A stretch of DNA of 64,000 nucleotides from positions 14,508,001 to 14,572,000 of the forward strand of contig OZ024761.1 in NCBI GenBank assembly GCA_964016885.1. Direction: 5' to 3'. The notes below the pieces were generated by a model. It did no database searches and was not told where the DNA came from. It worked only from the letters and a program-made list of their open reading frames with translations. How positions within the stretch are numbered: position 1 is the stretch's first letter; every line of letters starts with the position of its first letter. This DNA comes from Eledone cirrhosa. Lineage: Eukaryota. Shown piece by piece: positions 13,829 through 24,259 of the stretch. Both the position numbers and the translations under genes were made by a program.

Positions 13829-13861
<33 letters not shown>

Positions 13862-14008
13862 ATATATATATATATATATAATATATATATATATATTATA
13901 TATATATATATAATATATATATATATATAATATATATATATATATTATATATAATATATATATATAAAATATATATATATTATATATATATATTATACAT
14001 ATATATAT

Positions 14009-14040
<32 letters not shown>

Positions 14041-14110
14041 AATATATATATATATATAATATATATATATATATTATATATAATATATATATATAAAATA
14101 TATATATATA
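12861..14110. repeat. Long (TA)n / (TAA)-interrupted AT microsatellite
   Basis: About 1.1 kb of nearly pure A/T, interrupted by a family A element at 13511-13647. Confidence 0.95.
13511..13647. mobile_element. Family A element inserted in (TA)n
   Basis: gaccccgacggctgagctcaagccgtttcgacggcta + actctactaccctaagtattgagtac + ggtccacctggttccttaccacatttccttcgtt. Confidence 0.75.
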
Positions 14111-15070
14111 AAGCCATGTCAGTAGAATGAGGCCCACATTCTTGCTCTTGTGTTGGCAGTTCACTGTCCACCTGCCAACTGTCAGAGCTAGTGAAAATAT
14201 ATGATATTAGCAGATCTACTGATCTGCCAGATTTGCATATCAGCAGACTGGCCAGTCAGTTTCCTGTATACATGCGATATATATATGAAAAAATGGGGAG
14301 AAGAATACTGCTGGTTGCACATGGATAACATGTAATAAAATGAGTCCCTCATCAGTGATTTGCCGACGATCATAGATATTTCATTGCATTAAAAATCATA
14401 TACCTCACGTCGGTGCAATAATAACTAAATTAAGTTATTAGGACAATTAAAACGCGTAAAGCGAGTGAGACAAGATAACAACAAAGAGGAGAGCTAACCA
14501 TAGAAGGAAGGGAACAAGCTACATAGTTATTCTGTTAGCATAAGCTAGGTGAATATATGAGCGCTTAGAAAAAAGACCTTTCGGGAACGAATCCAAATGT
14601 GAGAAAGAGAGAAAATGTTTTCGTCGTGAACGGGGTGAAGTGAGAAGAGGAGAAACAGTGAGTGAGTGAGTGGAAGTGTGAGGAAGAGTTAACTGACATG
14701 ACAGAGGGGGCGAAAGAAAGTAGGAGAAACAGAGAGAACGAGGGAGCAGTAAGAGAGAGAGAGAGAGAAAAAAACAGAATCGCAGTTTAGGTAAATATAT
14801 GTGAAAAAATGGGGAGAAGAATACTGCAGGTTGCACATGGATAACATGTAATAAAATGAGTCCCTCATCAGTGAATATATATATATATATTTATATATAT
14901 ATATATATATAGAGAGAGAGAATTTAGTATATCTACCAACATATGCGTACAGATGTACGCATGGTTATATTACGTAACTATCTTTATCCCATTACAGAAA
15001 CTAATTAGTTGGAGTGAAAATCTTAGTAAGTTAATTTTTAATTTTTTTTTTTATTTTCTTATTTTACGTC

Positions 15071-15136
<66 letters not shown>

Positions 15137-15137
15137 G

Positions 15138-15262
15138 AAAAATGTAAATGTAAACAATAAAGCAAACAACACAGTGCAATGAAGAAATATATTAATTTCA
15201 TGTTTATTATAGTAAGAAAAGAGTCTTTACATTTCGGACACTAATCCTTCATCAGAAGATAG
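15138..15262 (-). mobile_element. Penelope-like pLTR remnant (family F) with hammerhead motif
   Basis: Hammerhead motif followed by a 3' end (atatatttcttcattgcactgtgttgtttgctttattgtttac) shared with 9065-9112, 16060-16115, 20570-20630 and 34490-34540. Confidence 0.55.
15224..15259 (-). ncRNA. Minimal type I hammerhead ribozyme motif
   Basis: Minus strand tctt-CTGATGA-a-gga-ttagtg-tcc-GAAA-tg-TA-aaga: stems I and II pair, stem III is minimal. Confidence 0.55.
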
Positions 15263-15277
15263 AAATATATATATATA

Positions 15278-15585
15278 GAAAAAAAGATGAAATCGAAAAT
15301 GCAACTGGAGTTATTTTTTTTTAAATATATATATTTATTTGGTTCCTTTACCAGTTCACATCTCAGATGTGAGAAAAACCACAGACCCTCCATCTTAACT
15401 CTACTTTTGAAAAGCAGAAGAACTGCGAAACTGGTAAAGGAACCAAATAAATATATATATATTTTTTTAAATAAGTCTCCAGTTGCATTTTCGATTTCAT
15501 CTTTTTATCTTTTTTTCTTTATACTTTCACTCGTGTAGGACACCTCGGTTTTTTTTCATTTTGTAAAAAAAACCTCACTTTCTAA
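15278..15585 (+). mobile_element. Family B fold-back element with U3-A8 hammerhead motif (15404-15439)
   Basis: Homologous to 42226-42553, with the left inverted arm partly deleted. Confidence 0.7.
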
Positions 15586-15704
15586 TATATATATATATAT
15601 ATATATACATATATCATAAATCATGTCTTTAGAATCATCAGATAAAATATAAACTATTTCTTCTTCTAATTAGCATAATTAACCATATATATATATATAT
15701 ATAT

Positions 15705-15748
15705 AGCCCAGCCCATGCATGCATGGAAAAGCAGACGGAAAATGGAAG

Positions 15749-15783
<35 letters not shown>

Positions 15784-15831
15784 TATATCTTCCATTTTCC
15801 GTCTGCTTTTCCATGCATGCATGGGCTGGGC

Positions 15832-15832
<1 letters not shown>
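15705..15832. repeat. Perfect inverted duplication of an RTE-type 3' terminus around a (TA)n core
   Basis: agcccagcccatgcatgcatggaaaagcagacggaaaatggaaga ... tcttccattttccgtctgcttttccatgcatgcatgggctgggct. Confidence 0.8.
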
Positions 15833-15907
<75 letters not shown>

Positions 15908-16124
15908 GAGAGAGAGAGAGAGAGAGAGCGCGGAAAGAGGTTGGGAATAACCAGTTTAAACTAGTAAGACCATTCTTCAGGTTAGTACTCTATACTTAAA
16001 GTACAGTGTAGGTATCTACTCGTTGTCAAAACAGCAAGAGCTCAGCTGTCAGGCAGCAATTAACTAATATATTTCTTCATTGTACTGTATTGTTTGCTTT
16101 GTTGTTTCCATTTACTTTTTGCAT

Positions 16125-16314
16125 CTACTGGAAGGCACAGCTGCAATGAATGGATGAGAAATAATACCAAGGACAGCTACTTGATTAAAATACACACACA
16201 CGTTTACTTCTCTCTCTCTCTCTTTCTCTCTCTATATATATATATATGTATGTCTAAACCCATGCTAGCGTCGAAGATAGACGTTAAACGATGATGATGA
16301 TGTGAATATATATC

Positions 16315-16345
<31 letters not shown>

Positions 16346-16469
16346 GTGTATATATATATACATATATATATATATGTGTGTGTGTATATATGTGTATATA
16401 TATATGTGTGTGTGTGTGTATATATGTGTATATATATATGTGTGTGTGTGTATATGTATGTATATATAC

Positions 16470-16538
<69 letters not shown>

Positions 16539-16675
16539 CACATATATATATAATATATGTGTGTGTGTTTGTGTGTATGTGTATGTGTGTATGTGTGTGT
16601 GTGTGTGTACTTTAATCAAGTAACTGTCCTTGCTATTATTTCTCATCCATTCACTGTGGCTGTGCCTTCCAGTAG
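16125..16675. repeat. Diverged ~75-bp inverted repeat pair (16125-16200 and 16600-16675)
   Basis: ctactggaaggcacagc...gaatggatgagaaataat...ttgattaaa and its reverse complement, separated by microsatellite and an RTE tail. Confidence 0.7.
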
Positions 16676-17443
16676 TTTGAGCCTCCACCAGCCCCACAAC
16701 CCCAACCATCCCCACCATTTCCACCATCCATTAAAGCCTGTCTTCTTACGGAACTGTCTCTTTTCTTGTTTCCCTGCTGGAAATACTCTTAATTCTTTTA
16801 AATCTTCTGTCGTCCATATTCTGACTTCAAGGACTGTACTTACTTAGGCTTCATTATTATTAACATTGTTGTTCTTCTTCTTAATATTGTTATTGTTATT
16901 AGTATTAATATTATTATTACTATCATTATTAATAGATAAAGAGAAAGAAAGAATTTATCATTTTCCTTTTTTTTTTTTTTTTTTTTTTTGCTTTTGTAAA
17001 TCCCAAGAAATATGAGGTTGCTAGGGGCCTGTTGTATTGTTCGTTATATGCTGACATGTTGGTACAAAGATTTACAATATCATCATCATCATTATCATCA
17101 TCATATTCATCTTCATCATATTCATCATCATTATCATCATCATCGTCGTCTTCATCATCATCACCATCACCTTTATCTTTATCTTTTTCATCATTGTCAT
17201 CCGTCATCACTCCACCTCTACTTTCCATACTAGCATGGGTTGGATTGGATTGGATAAGTCACTATGGTCAGAGACTGGACAGGTCAGTGAACCATTTATT
17301 GACTAATAGGCTTCTGCAGCAGAGTCCCCTTCCTATTGCCAACAGTCACTTTGCAGACTGTACAGGATGTATTTTATCATGGTACCAGCCCTACCACTTT
17401 ACTTATATCTATCTTTCTATTCATATAAATAAATATTATATAT

Positions 17444-17624
17444 TGGATTGGCAGTATCGGTAGAGGGTCGGACGCCATGCTTTCCAGCATAGTTACGTCC
17501 CTTTACCATCTGAGTTCAAATCCCGCCGAGGTTGACTTTGCCTTTCATCCTTACGGGGTCGATAAAATAAAGTACCAGTAATGCACTGGTAATTGCTGGC
17601 CTTGTGCCTAAAGTAGAAACAATT
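17444..17624 (+). mobile_element. tRNA-derived SINE family 1, near full length (Nin/Deu-like domain)
   Basis: A-box tggcagtatcggtag, B-box gagttcaaatcc, central gttgactttgcctttcatccttacggggtcgataaa, AT tail. Confidence 0.8.
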
Positions 17625-17625
17625 A

Positions 17626-17697
<72 letters not shown>

Positions 17698-17708
17698 TTC
17701 ATATAAAT

Positions 17709-17810
17709 GCGAGCAAGACAATCACTCTTGCCTCAAGTGGGACTACCCCCCGTCCAAACCCATGCAAGCGTGGAACACGGACGTTAAACGTTGATGATGA
17801 TGATGATGAT
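17709..17810 (+). mobile_element. RTE LINE 3' end with (GAT)n tail
   Basis: Near-identical to 62777-62880. Confidence 0.85.
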
Positions 17811-17822
17811 ATATATATATAT

Positions 17823-17937
17823 AAGTTAGTTCCACAACAGTTAAACCATTTTCAAAAATTCGCGTTTCACCTTGTAGATTTTCAACTTGAGTGAAAGGGT
17901 TAAAGCTGAAAAATGGAAGTTTATATATATATATATA

Positions 17938-17975
<38 letters not shown>

Positions 17976-18087
17976 TTAGTTCCACAACAGTTAAACCATT
18001 TTCAAAAATTCGCGTTTCACCTTGTAGATTTTCAACTTGAGTGAAAGGGTTAAAGCTGAAAAATGGAAGTTTATATATATATATATA

Positions 18088-18123
<36 letters not shown>

Positions 18124-18233
18124 TTAGTTCCACAACAGTTAAACCATTTTCAAAAATTCGCGTTTCACCTTGTAGATTTTCAACTTGAGTGAAAGGGTTA
18201 AAGCTGAAAAATGGAAGTTTATATATATATATA

Positions 18234-18267
<34 letters not shown>

Positions 18268-18639
18268 TTAGTTCCACAACAGTTAAACCATTTTCAAAAA
18301 TTCGCGTTTCACCTTGTAGATTTTCAACTTGAGTGAAAGGGTTAAAGCTGAAAAATGGAAGTTTATATATATATATATCTATATATATATATAAGTTAGT
18401 TCCACAACAGTTAAACCATTTTCAAAAATTCGCGTTTCACCTTGTAGATTTTCAACTTGAGTGAAAGGGTTAAAGCTGAAAAATGGAAGTTTATATATAT
18501 ATATATATCTATATATATATATATATAAGTTAGTTCCACAACAGTTAAACCATTTTCAAAAATTCGCGTTTCACCTTGTAGATTTTCAACTTGAGTGAAA
18601 GGGTTAAAGCTGAAAAATGGAAGTTTATATATATATATA

Positions 18640-18683
<44 letters not shown>

Positions 18684-18780
18684 TAGTTCCACAACAGTTA
18701 AACCATTTTCAAAAATTCGCGTTTCACCTTGTGGATTTTCAACTTGAGTGAAAGGGTTAAAGCTGAAAAATGGAAGTTTA
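17823..18780. repeat. Tandem array: 7 near-identical ~100-bp units separated by variable (TA)n
   Basis: Units start at about 17823, 17973, 18121, 18265, 18393, 18527 and 18680; the last copy has one substitution (gtggatt vs gtagatt). Confidence 0.95.
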
Positions 18781-18922
18781 TATATATATATATCTATATC
18801 TATATATATATATATATATATATACTAAATATAACAAAGGTTCTTACATAAAATTGTGCTGGAAAGTTTTTAGATGAATAAGGTGATTTCAGGAAGTTTG
18901 GTATCAAAAGGATTAAGCTGGC

Positions 18923-19340
18923 CTAAAGTCTAAAGTCAGTCTCGAGCCCGTAGGCTCATTAGACCAGTGCTTATCTGATGTCTATGGCGTGACGTGAAGA
19001 ACTTGGCCAAGAAAAAATCCCTCTCCCAACTTATTCCCAGGACTTTGCTCCCTTTTATTACCATTTGTTTCGAAGCTTACAGAATCTAATATAAACACTT
19101 TGAAATAAAGAATTTTGTACCAAAGACAGTCGATCAATTTCATCAAATCGGACCGAGGAGACAATGTTTCCATTGGTCTTTCCAATTGCTAGTACTGTCT
19201 ATTGATCACAACTCCAGCTAGAAGGAGAAATGTGAAATAAAGTGTCTTGCTCAAGGTCATAACGCATCGCCGGGTTTGGGAATCGAACTCACCACCTCAC
19301 GATTGTGAATCCAATTCTCTAACCACTCATCCACGTGCCA
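18923..19340 (-). mobile_element. tRNA-derived SINE family 2, split into tail (18923-18998) and head (19225-19340)
   Basis: (tttagac)n tail and ccttgagcaagacactt head motif on the minus strand, with about 220 bp of unrelated sequence between them. Confidence 0.6.
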
Positions 19341-19739
19341 TCACATTGTACCAAAGAGACAAGGGCAATTTCAGGAAGTTTGGCATCAAAAGTTCTAGAA
19401 AACAAAGACTCGTGGGCTCATGGGTTCTGCTATTCTCACTCTTATTAAACAACAGTAAACATTTTAAATAAATAAATAAGATAAAATCAAGAAAATAATT
19501 ACGTTTTTCTTGCAAGTGGTGAATTTTGGTAATTTACCAAAATATGTGTTGGTGGAAATTAAACAGACAAGCTCCTAATTATGGAGGAGTACACCAGCTA
19601 ATTAGTGGTCTCAGTAGTATAAATTAATTAGTACTATAGAACAGTGTATAGTTTAGAGTTGCTTGGTTCATGAAGAGAATGGTGCTGGGTAATGGTGCGT
19701 GGTGTTAGTGGTAGGTGGTGGTGTTGGTGGTGGTCAGAT

Positions 19740-19774
<35 letters not shown>

Positions 19775-20285
19775 GTGAAGGTAGAAGTAATGGTGGGTAG
19801 TGATATTGGTGGTGGGTAGTGGTATTGGTAGTGGGTAGTGGTGTGTGGTGTTGGTGGTGGTCAGATAAGTAGAGAGAGTGAGAGGAGGTGAAGGTAAGTG
19901 TTAATGGTGGGAAGTGGTGATGGGTATTGGTGGTGGGAAGTGGTGATGGGTATTGGTGGTGGGTAGTGGTATTGGTGGTGGTGTTGGTGGTCAGATAAGT
20001 AGAGAGAGAGTTGAAGGTGGTGGTGGGTAGAGGTGTGTGGTGTTGTTGGTGGTTAAATAAGTAGAGAGAGAGAGGTGAAAGTGGTGGTGGTGGTGGTGGT
20101 GGTAGTTACTGGTATAGGTGGTGGTAGTGATGCGTGATGTTGGTGGTGGTAGGTGAAGCTCATGGAGGAGATGACAAAGGACCATGAGGAATCGAGAGAT
20201 GCAGTGCTTAATAAGACCCGTCCCACCCTTGCAAGAGGGGAAAAGCGGACGTAAAATGATGATGATGATGAGATATATATATATG

Positions 20286-20332
<47 letters not shown>

Positions 20333-20504
20333 CAAGAGTAGATAAGACAAACACTTGGGAAGAAGTAAATTATGGTTTTGATGTGTCAGATATATTTCCA
20401 TCTTCAAGAAATGGAGAGTTTGGAGAGATAGATTAAAGTTTGGCACAAGAGTGTTTGGAAAAAAAAAAGTGTTAAGAAGGCGGATTGTGTGAAAGTAGGC
20501 AATT

Positions 20505-20630
20505 AGCTCATCTGATGAAGAACTAGCGTCCGAAATGTTAAGACCTTCTTCCTGGTATTTCAAGTGTTAAACTAATATATTCCTTCCATATACTGTACCG
20601 TTTGTATTGTTATTTCTGTTTACCTTTTAG
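20505..20630 (+). mobile_element. Family F Penelope-like pLTR remnant with degenerate hammerhead
   Basis: CTGATGAagaactagcgtccGAAAtgttaagac aligns with the 15224-15259 motif; same 3' end. Confidence 0.5.
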
Positions 20631-20643
20631 ATATATATATATA

Positions 20644-21523
20644 CAGGGTGCGGATGATATTTGTTCGCAATTTTCAACTGCTAATTTTATGCAAATTTTT
20701 TTACTTCCGTTGTCACTCTTGTCTTCATAAAAACAGTGACTATATTTCCATTACTTATTTTCAGAATAATTGATTATGAATAATTTTGAACCTCCAAATT
20801 TGTGGAAGAGACAGGGAGTTCTTCTTGGAATCCGCGCCGAGAGGACAAAGAAGACCAGAAGATCAACTCCCAGAACAACAGGTGGCTCGCTCTCTCATCC
20901 AAAGACGTGCCCAGAGTCATGCAGACAAAGTTTCCAGCGACAACATTGGTCTTAGGTGTCGCCAGCAGTCAATGTGACGTCATGCCACCTCACTTCTTCC
21001 CTGAGGGCCTCAAGCTGAACACCGATGGCTACATCCGCATTCTGAGTGAGGTAGTAAAGCCCTGGATCGACCAGGTAGCTGCAGGTAGGCCGTACGTGTG
21101 GCAGCAAGACTCAGCGCCCTGCCATACCAGCCGAAAGATCCAAGCCTGGCTGTCAGAGAACTTCGTCGACCACACTTCACCTCCCAGCTCGCCTGACTGC
21201 AACCCCCTCGACTTCTTTGTGTGGGGCGCAGTGGAACGAGACACCAACAGATTTAGCTGCAATACGAAAGACGATCTGAAGGCCAGGATCACAAGTGCCT
21301 TTAGGAGCCTAAGTCGGGGGACAGTGAGGAAGGCCTGTAGCCCGTTCCGAGGCCACCTTGAGGCCGTCATCAAAGCCAATGGCGGGTTTATCGAGTGAGA
21401 TCAAAAGAACAAGTCATGAAGACAAAACTGAGCCAAATTTGATAAATAAATCTTAAAAAATAAAACTACTGTGTTATTTTTTCATAGACAGTAATCTTGC
21501 GAACAAATATCGTCCACACCCTG
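20644..21523 (+). mobile_element. Tc1/mariner transposon (DD37D/maT-like), internally deleted
   Basis: 27-bp TIRs cagggtgcggatgatatttgttcgcaa / ttgcgaacaaatatcgtccacaccctg (2 mismatches); TA on both sides. Confidence 0.9.
20776..21398 (+). pseudogene. Deleted DDD transposase
   Basis: Probable N-terminus MNNFEPPNLWKRQGVLLGIRAER joined out of frame to DQKINSQNNRWLA...WQQDSAPCH...SPDCNPLDFFVWG...ANGGFIE; the first catalytic Asp and most of the HTH are missing. Confidence 0.85.
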
Positions 21524-21619
21524 TATATATATGTGTGTGTGTGCGTGTGTGTCTGTGTGTTTATATATATACATATAACCTTCTTTATAAGCTATCAAAG
21601 CAGTGGGCAATTTGAAATT

Positions 21620-21843
21620 CTTTTAGAAAATGTAAGAATCCCAAATGCAGAAAATGACAGTAATACCAGTTGTTTGCTATAAATAATAGCTGAGAAAATT
21701 AGATAAATTACGCTATGGATGGAAAGCAGGCCACTTTTTTCTGTCCACAGGGATATTTTACCTGGTTTTCTAAGCTAATATTTATAACAATTGACTGTTA
21801 TTACAGCTATTTTCTGCACTTGGGAGTCCTACATTTTCTAAAA
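21620..21843. repeat. Imperfect ~85-bp-arm inverted repeat
   Basis: ttttagaaaatgtaagaatcccaaatgcagaaaat... vs the reverse complement of 21755-21843; a related fragment lies at 57780-57836. Confidence 0.6.
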
Positions 21844-21913
21844 GTATATATGTACATTTTAAGTATATATACCCACACACATATGTGTATATCAATATAT
21901 GCATTATATATGA

Positions 21914-21954
<41 letters not shown>

Positions 21955-22073
21955 CATACATATTATATATGTTATGATAACTTACATATGGTATATGTAT
22001 GTGTATCTGTATAGGTGTCTATATATGTGTGTATAAATGTATTTCTTTAATATCTAATGCGAGTGTGTGTGTA

Positions 22074-22118
<45 letters not shown>

Positions 22119-22474
22119 TCATATATCGTATATATATATACACATATATGGTATATGTATATGTGTCTACATATGTGTGTGTGTATAAATGTATTTCTCT
22201 TTAAAATCCAAGATCAGTCATCTGCAAAAACCTATGAATATTCTTTCGATCAATCAGGTAGCTGTGTTGGTCTTTAATGGAAAAACGTGTTTCTTTTTTG
22301 TTTTGTTTTGTTTTTTGTAATTTCATTTTTTTTTTTTTTTAAATATTTATTTCGTTACAAACCAACATGGCTGCCTGTTTGACTGAAGAACATTCCTGGA
22401 GCTTGAAGTAAAAGCTTAAGGTATTAGAAATTGCTAGCAGGGAAAATGGATGATGATGATGATACCAATGATGA

Positions 22475-22536
<62 letters not shown>

Positions 22537-22842
22537 GTAGAAGGGGTATTTAATCTGTTGGAAGTCCGACAAATATAAATGTTTATAACTGATTTAGAGC
22601 ACTCAACAATTTAGTGGAGTAAAATTCAATGATATTAAATAAATGGAATATCCAGAGAATATCCAACCGATATAAGGTATGATTTTCATGGGTATGTCTC
22701 TATTTATAAAACAAACTTTGTATTTTATCTGAGGAAAGCGTACCGATGTTGTCTTGGTACCCTTGAAATATATATAATAAAATAAATATGGTTTTATAAA
22801 TATAGTTTCCATTTATTTAATATCATTGTATACGTATATATA

Positions 22843-22888
<46 letters not shown>

Positions 22889-22889
22889 A

Positions 22890-23105
22890 AACAAATAGTT
22901 TATCGCTCTGCATGGCTGAATACAATAAATGTAATCTGAGTTTTTTTAATATTAATAATAATATTCGATTCATTTGCAATTATGTAAAAAGCCTCTTTAA
23001 AGCCATGTCAGTAGAATGACCCCGTTATTCTTGCTCTTGTGTTGGCATGTAAACAGAACTGCAGGTACTAATGTTTCTGGGTGATTACCCTTCATCAGTG
23101 CAGTA
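22890..23105 (-). mobile_element. Penelope-like pLTR remnant (family G)
   Basis: About 170 bp shared with 53275-53440 and partly with 14111-14160; this copy retains a hammerhead-like motif at its 5' end. Confidence 0.55.
23059..23103 (-). ncRNA. Hammerhead ribozyme-like motif
   Basis: Minus strand ctgca-CTGATGA-a-gggt-aatc-accc-a-GAAA-c-atta-g-TA-cc-tgcag; near canonical, with 2 extra nt before stem I. Confidence 0.45.
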
Positions 23106-23270
23106 CACACGGTAAATGTGGTTGGCATTATGAAATGCATCCAGCTGTAGAAACCAAGCTGAAATCAGTTCTGTGTGAGCAAATCACGGTCCCCCAACCT
23201 GATCCTTCACAAAGGGACAGCCAGTCCTACCCATGCTAGCGTGGAAGATGGACATTAAACGATGATGATA
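23106..23270 (+). mobile_element. RTE LINE 3' end
   Basis: UTR motifs and acgatgatgat tail. Confidence 0.75.
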
Positions 23271-23448
23271 TATATCTTTACTATATATAGAAATGACTTC
23301 TACACAGAATTGTTTTATTCGTATGCCTAGAAAAGCGGATGTAAAATGTGGTCCATGTGTGTATATAAGCACACACACACCACACTCATGACCACATTAC
23401 AAACAGAGGAATATATATATATATGTATATATATATACACACACACAT

Positions 23449-23590
23449 GGAGGCACATGGCTTAGTGGTTAGAGCATTGGCCTTGCAATCGAAAGGTTGT
23501 GAGTTTAATTCTCAGACCGGGTGATGTGTTGTTTCCTTGAGCAAGACACTTTATTTCACAATGCTCCAGTTTACTCAGCTGTAGAAATGA
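23449..23590 (+). mobile_element. SINE family 2 head (tRNA-like plus CORE-like motif)
   Basis: ggaggcacatggcttagtggttagagc A-box; ccttgagcaagacactt. Confidence 0.7.
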
Positions 23591-23619
23591 GATGATAGGG
23601 ACTGGGGTCCCTATCATTC

Positions 23620-23798
23620 CACTGCAAAGTGGTCGTGGAGGTGCCACGGCAAAAAAGCACCCAGCACTCACTGTGAATGAGGTTGGTGTTAGGAAGGGCA
23701 TCCAGCTGTAGAAAGCAAGCCAGAATCAGTTCCCGTCCCACCCTTGCAAGCAAGGAAAAAGCGGACGTAAAATGAAATGATGATGATGATGATGATGA
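23620..23798 (+). mobile_element. RTE LINE 3' end
   Basis: Matches the 59110-59373 UTR; (GAT)n tail. Confidence 0.75.
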
Positions 23799-23871
23799 TA
23801 TACGCACACATATATATATAGTATTCCACCTGGTTTAGTGTTTCTGAAGAAGACAGTCAATCGAACAGGAA

Positions 23872-23991
23872 TTTTATCGACCCCGTAAGGATGAAAGGCA
23901 AAGTTAACCTCGGCGGGATTTGAACTCAGAACATAAAGGGACGTAACTATGCTGGAAAGCATGGTGTCCGACCCTCTACCGATACTGCCAA
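23872..23991 (-). mobile_element. SINE family 1
   Basis: Reverse complement of the 17444 copy head and central domain. Confidence 0.75.
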
Positions 23992-24259
23992 TATAATTAA
24001 TATGTCATTACCACATATACATACACACAGAGAGCTATATATCAATAAACCCATTTATAAGTGGTCAGTATATATGTGACTGTCTGTATGTATGTGTATA
24101 TACATGTGTGTGTGTGTGCCTGTGTGTATATATGTATATACATACACAGACATATATATAAATACATATATATATATATATATATACATACATATATATA
24201 TGAATTTATTGACTTTTGTTGTCAGGGTATAAACAATATCGTTTAATTAAAACACAAGT

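Noticed and set aside
16747-16832. Minus-strand exon LEVRIWTTEDLKELRVFPAGKQEKRQF with gtaaga donor
   Set aside because: No polypyrimidine acceptor, and alternating frames (MDDRR...PAGK...RKK) resemble a decayed RTE C-terminus; ambiguous.
17823-18780. CRISPR-like repeat-spacer array
   Set aside because: Repeats are ~100 bp, spacers are only (TA)n, there are no cas genes and the context is eukaryotic.
23449-23525. tRNA gene (also at 30488, 17444 and near 60107)
   Set aside because: A and B boxes are present but run into SINE bodies and lack a complete cloverleaf.
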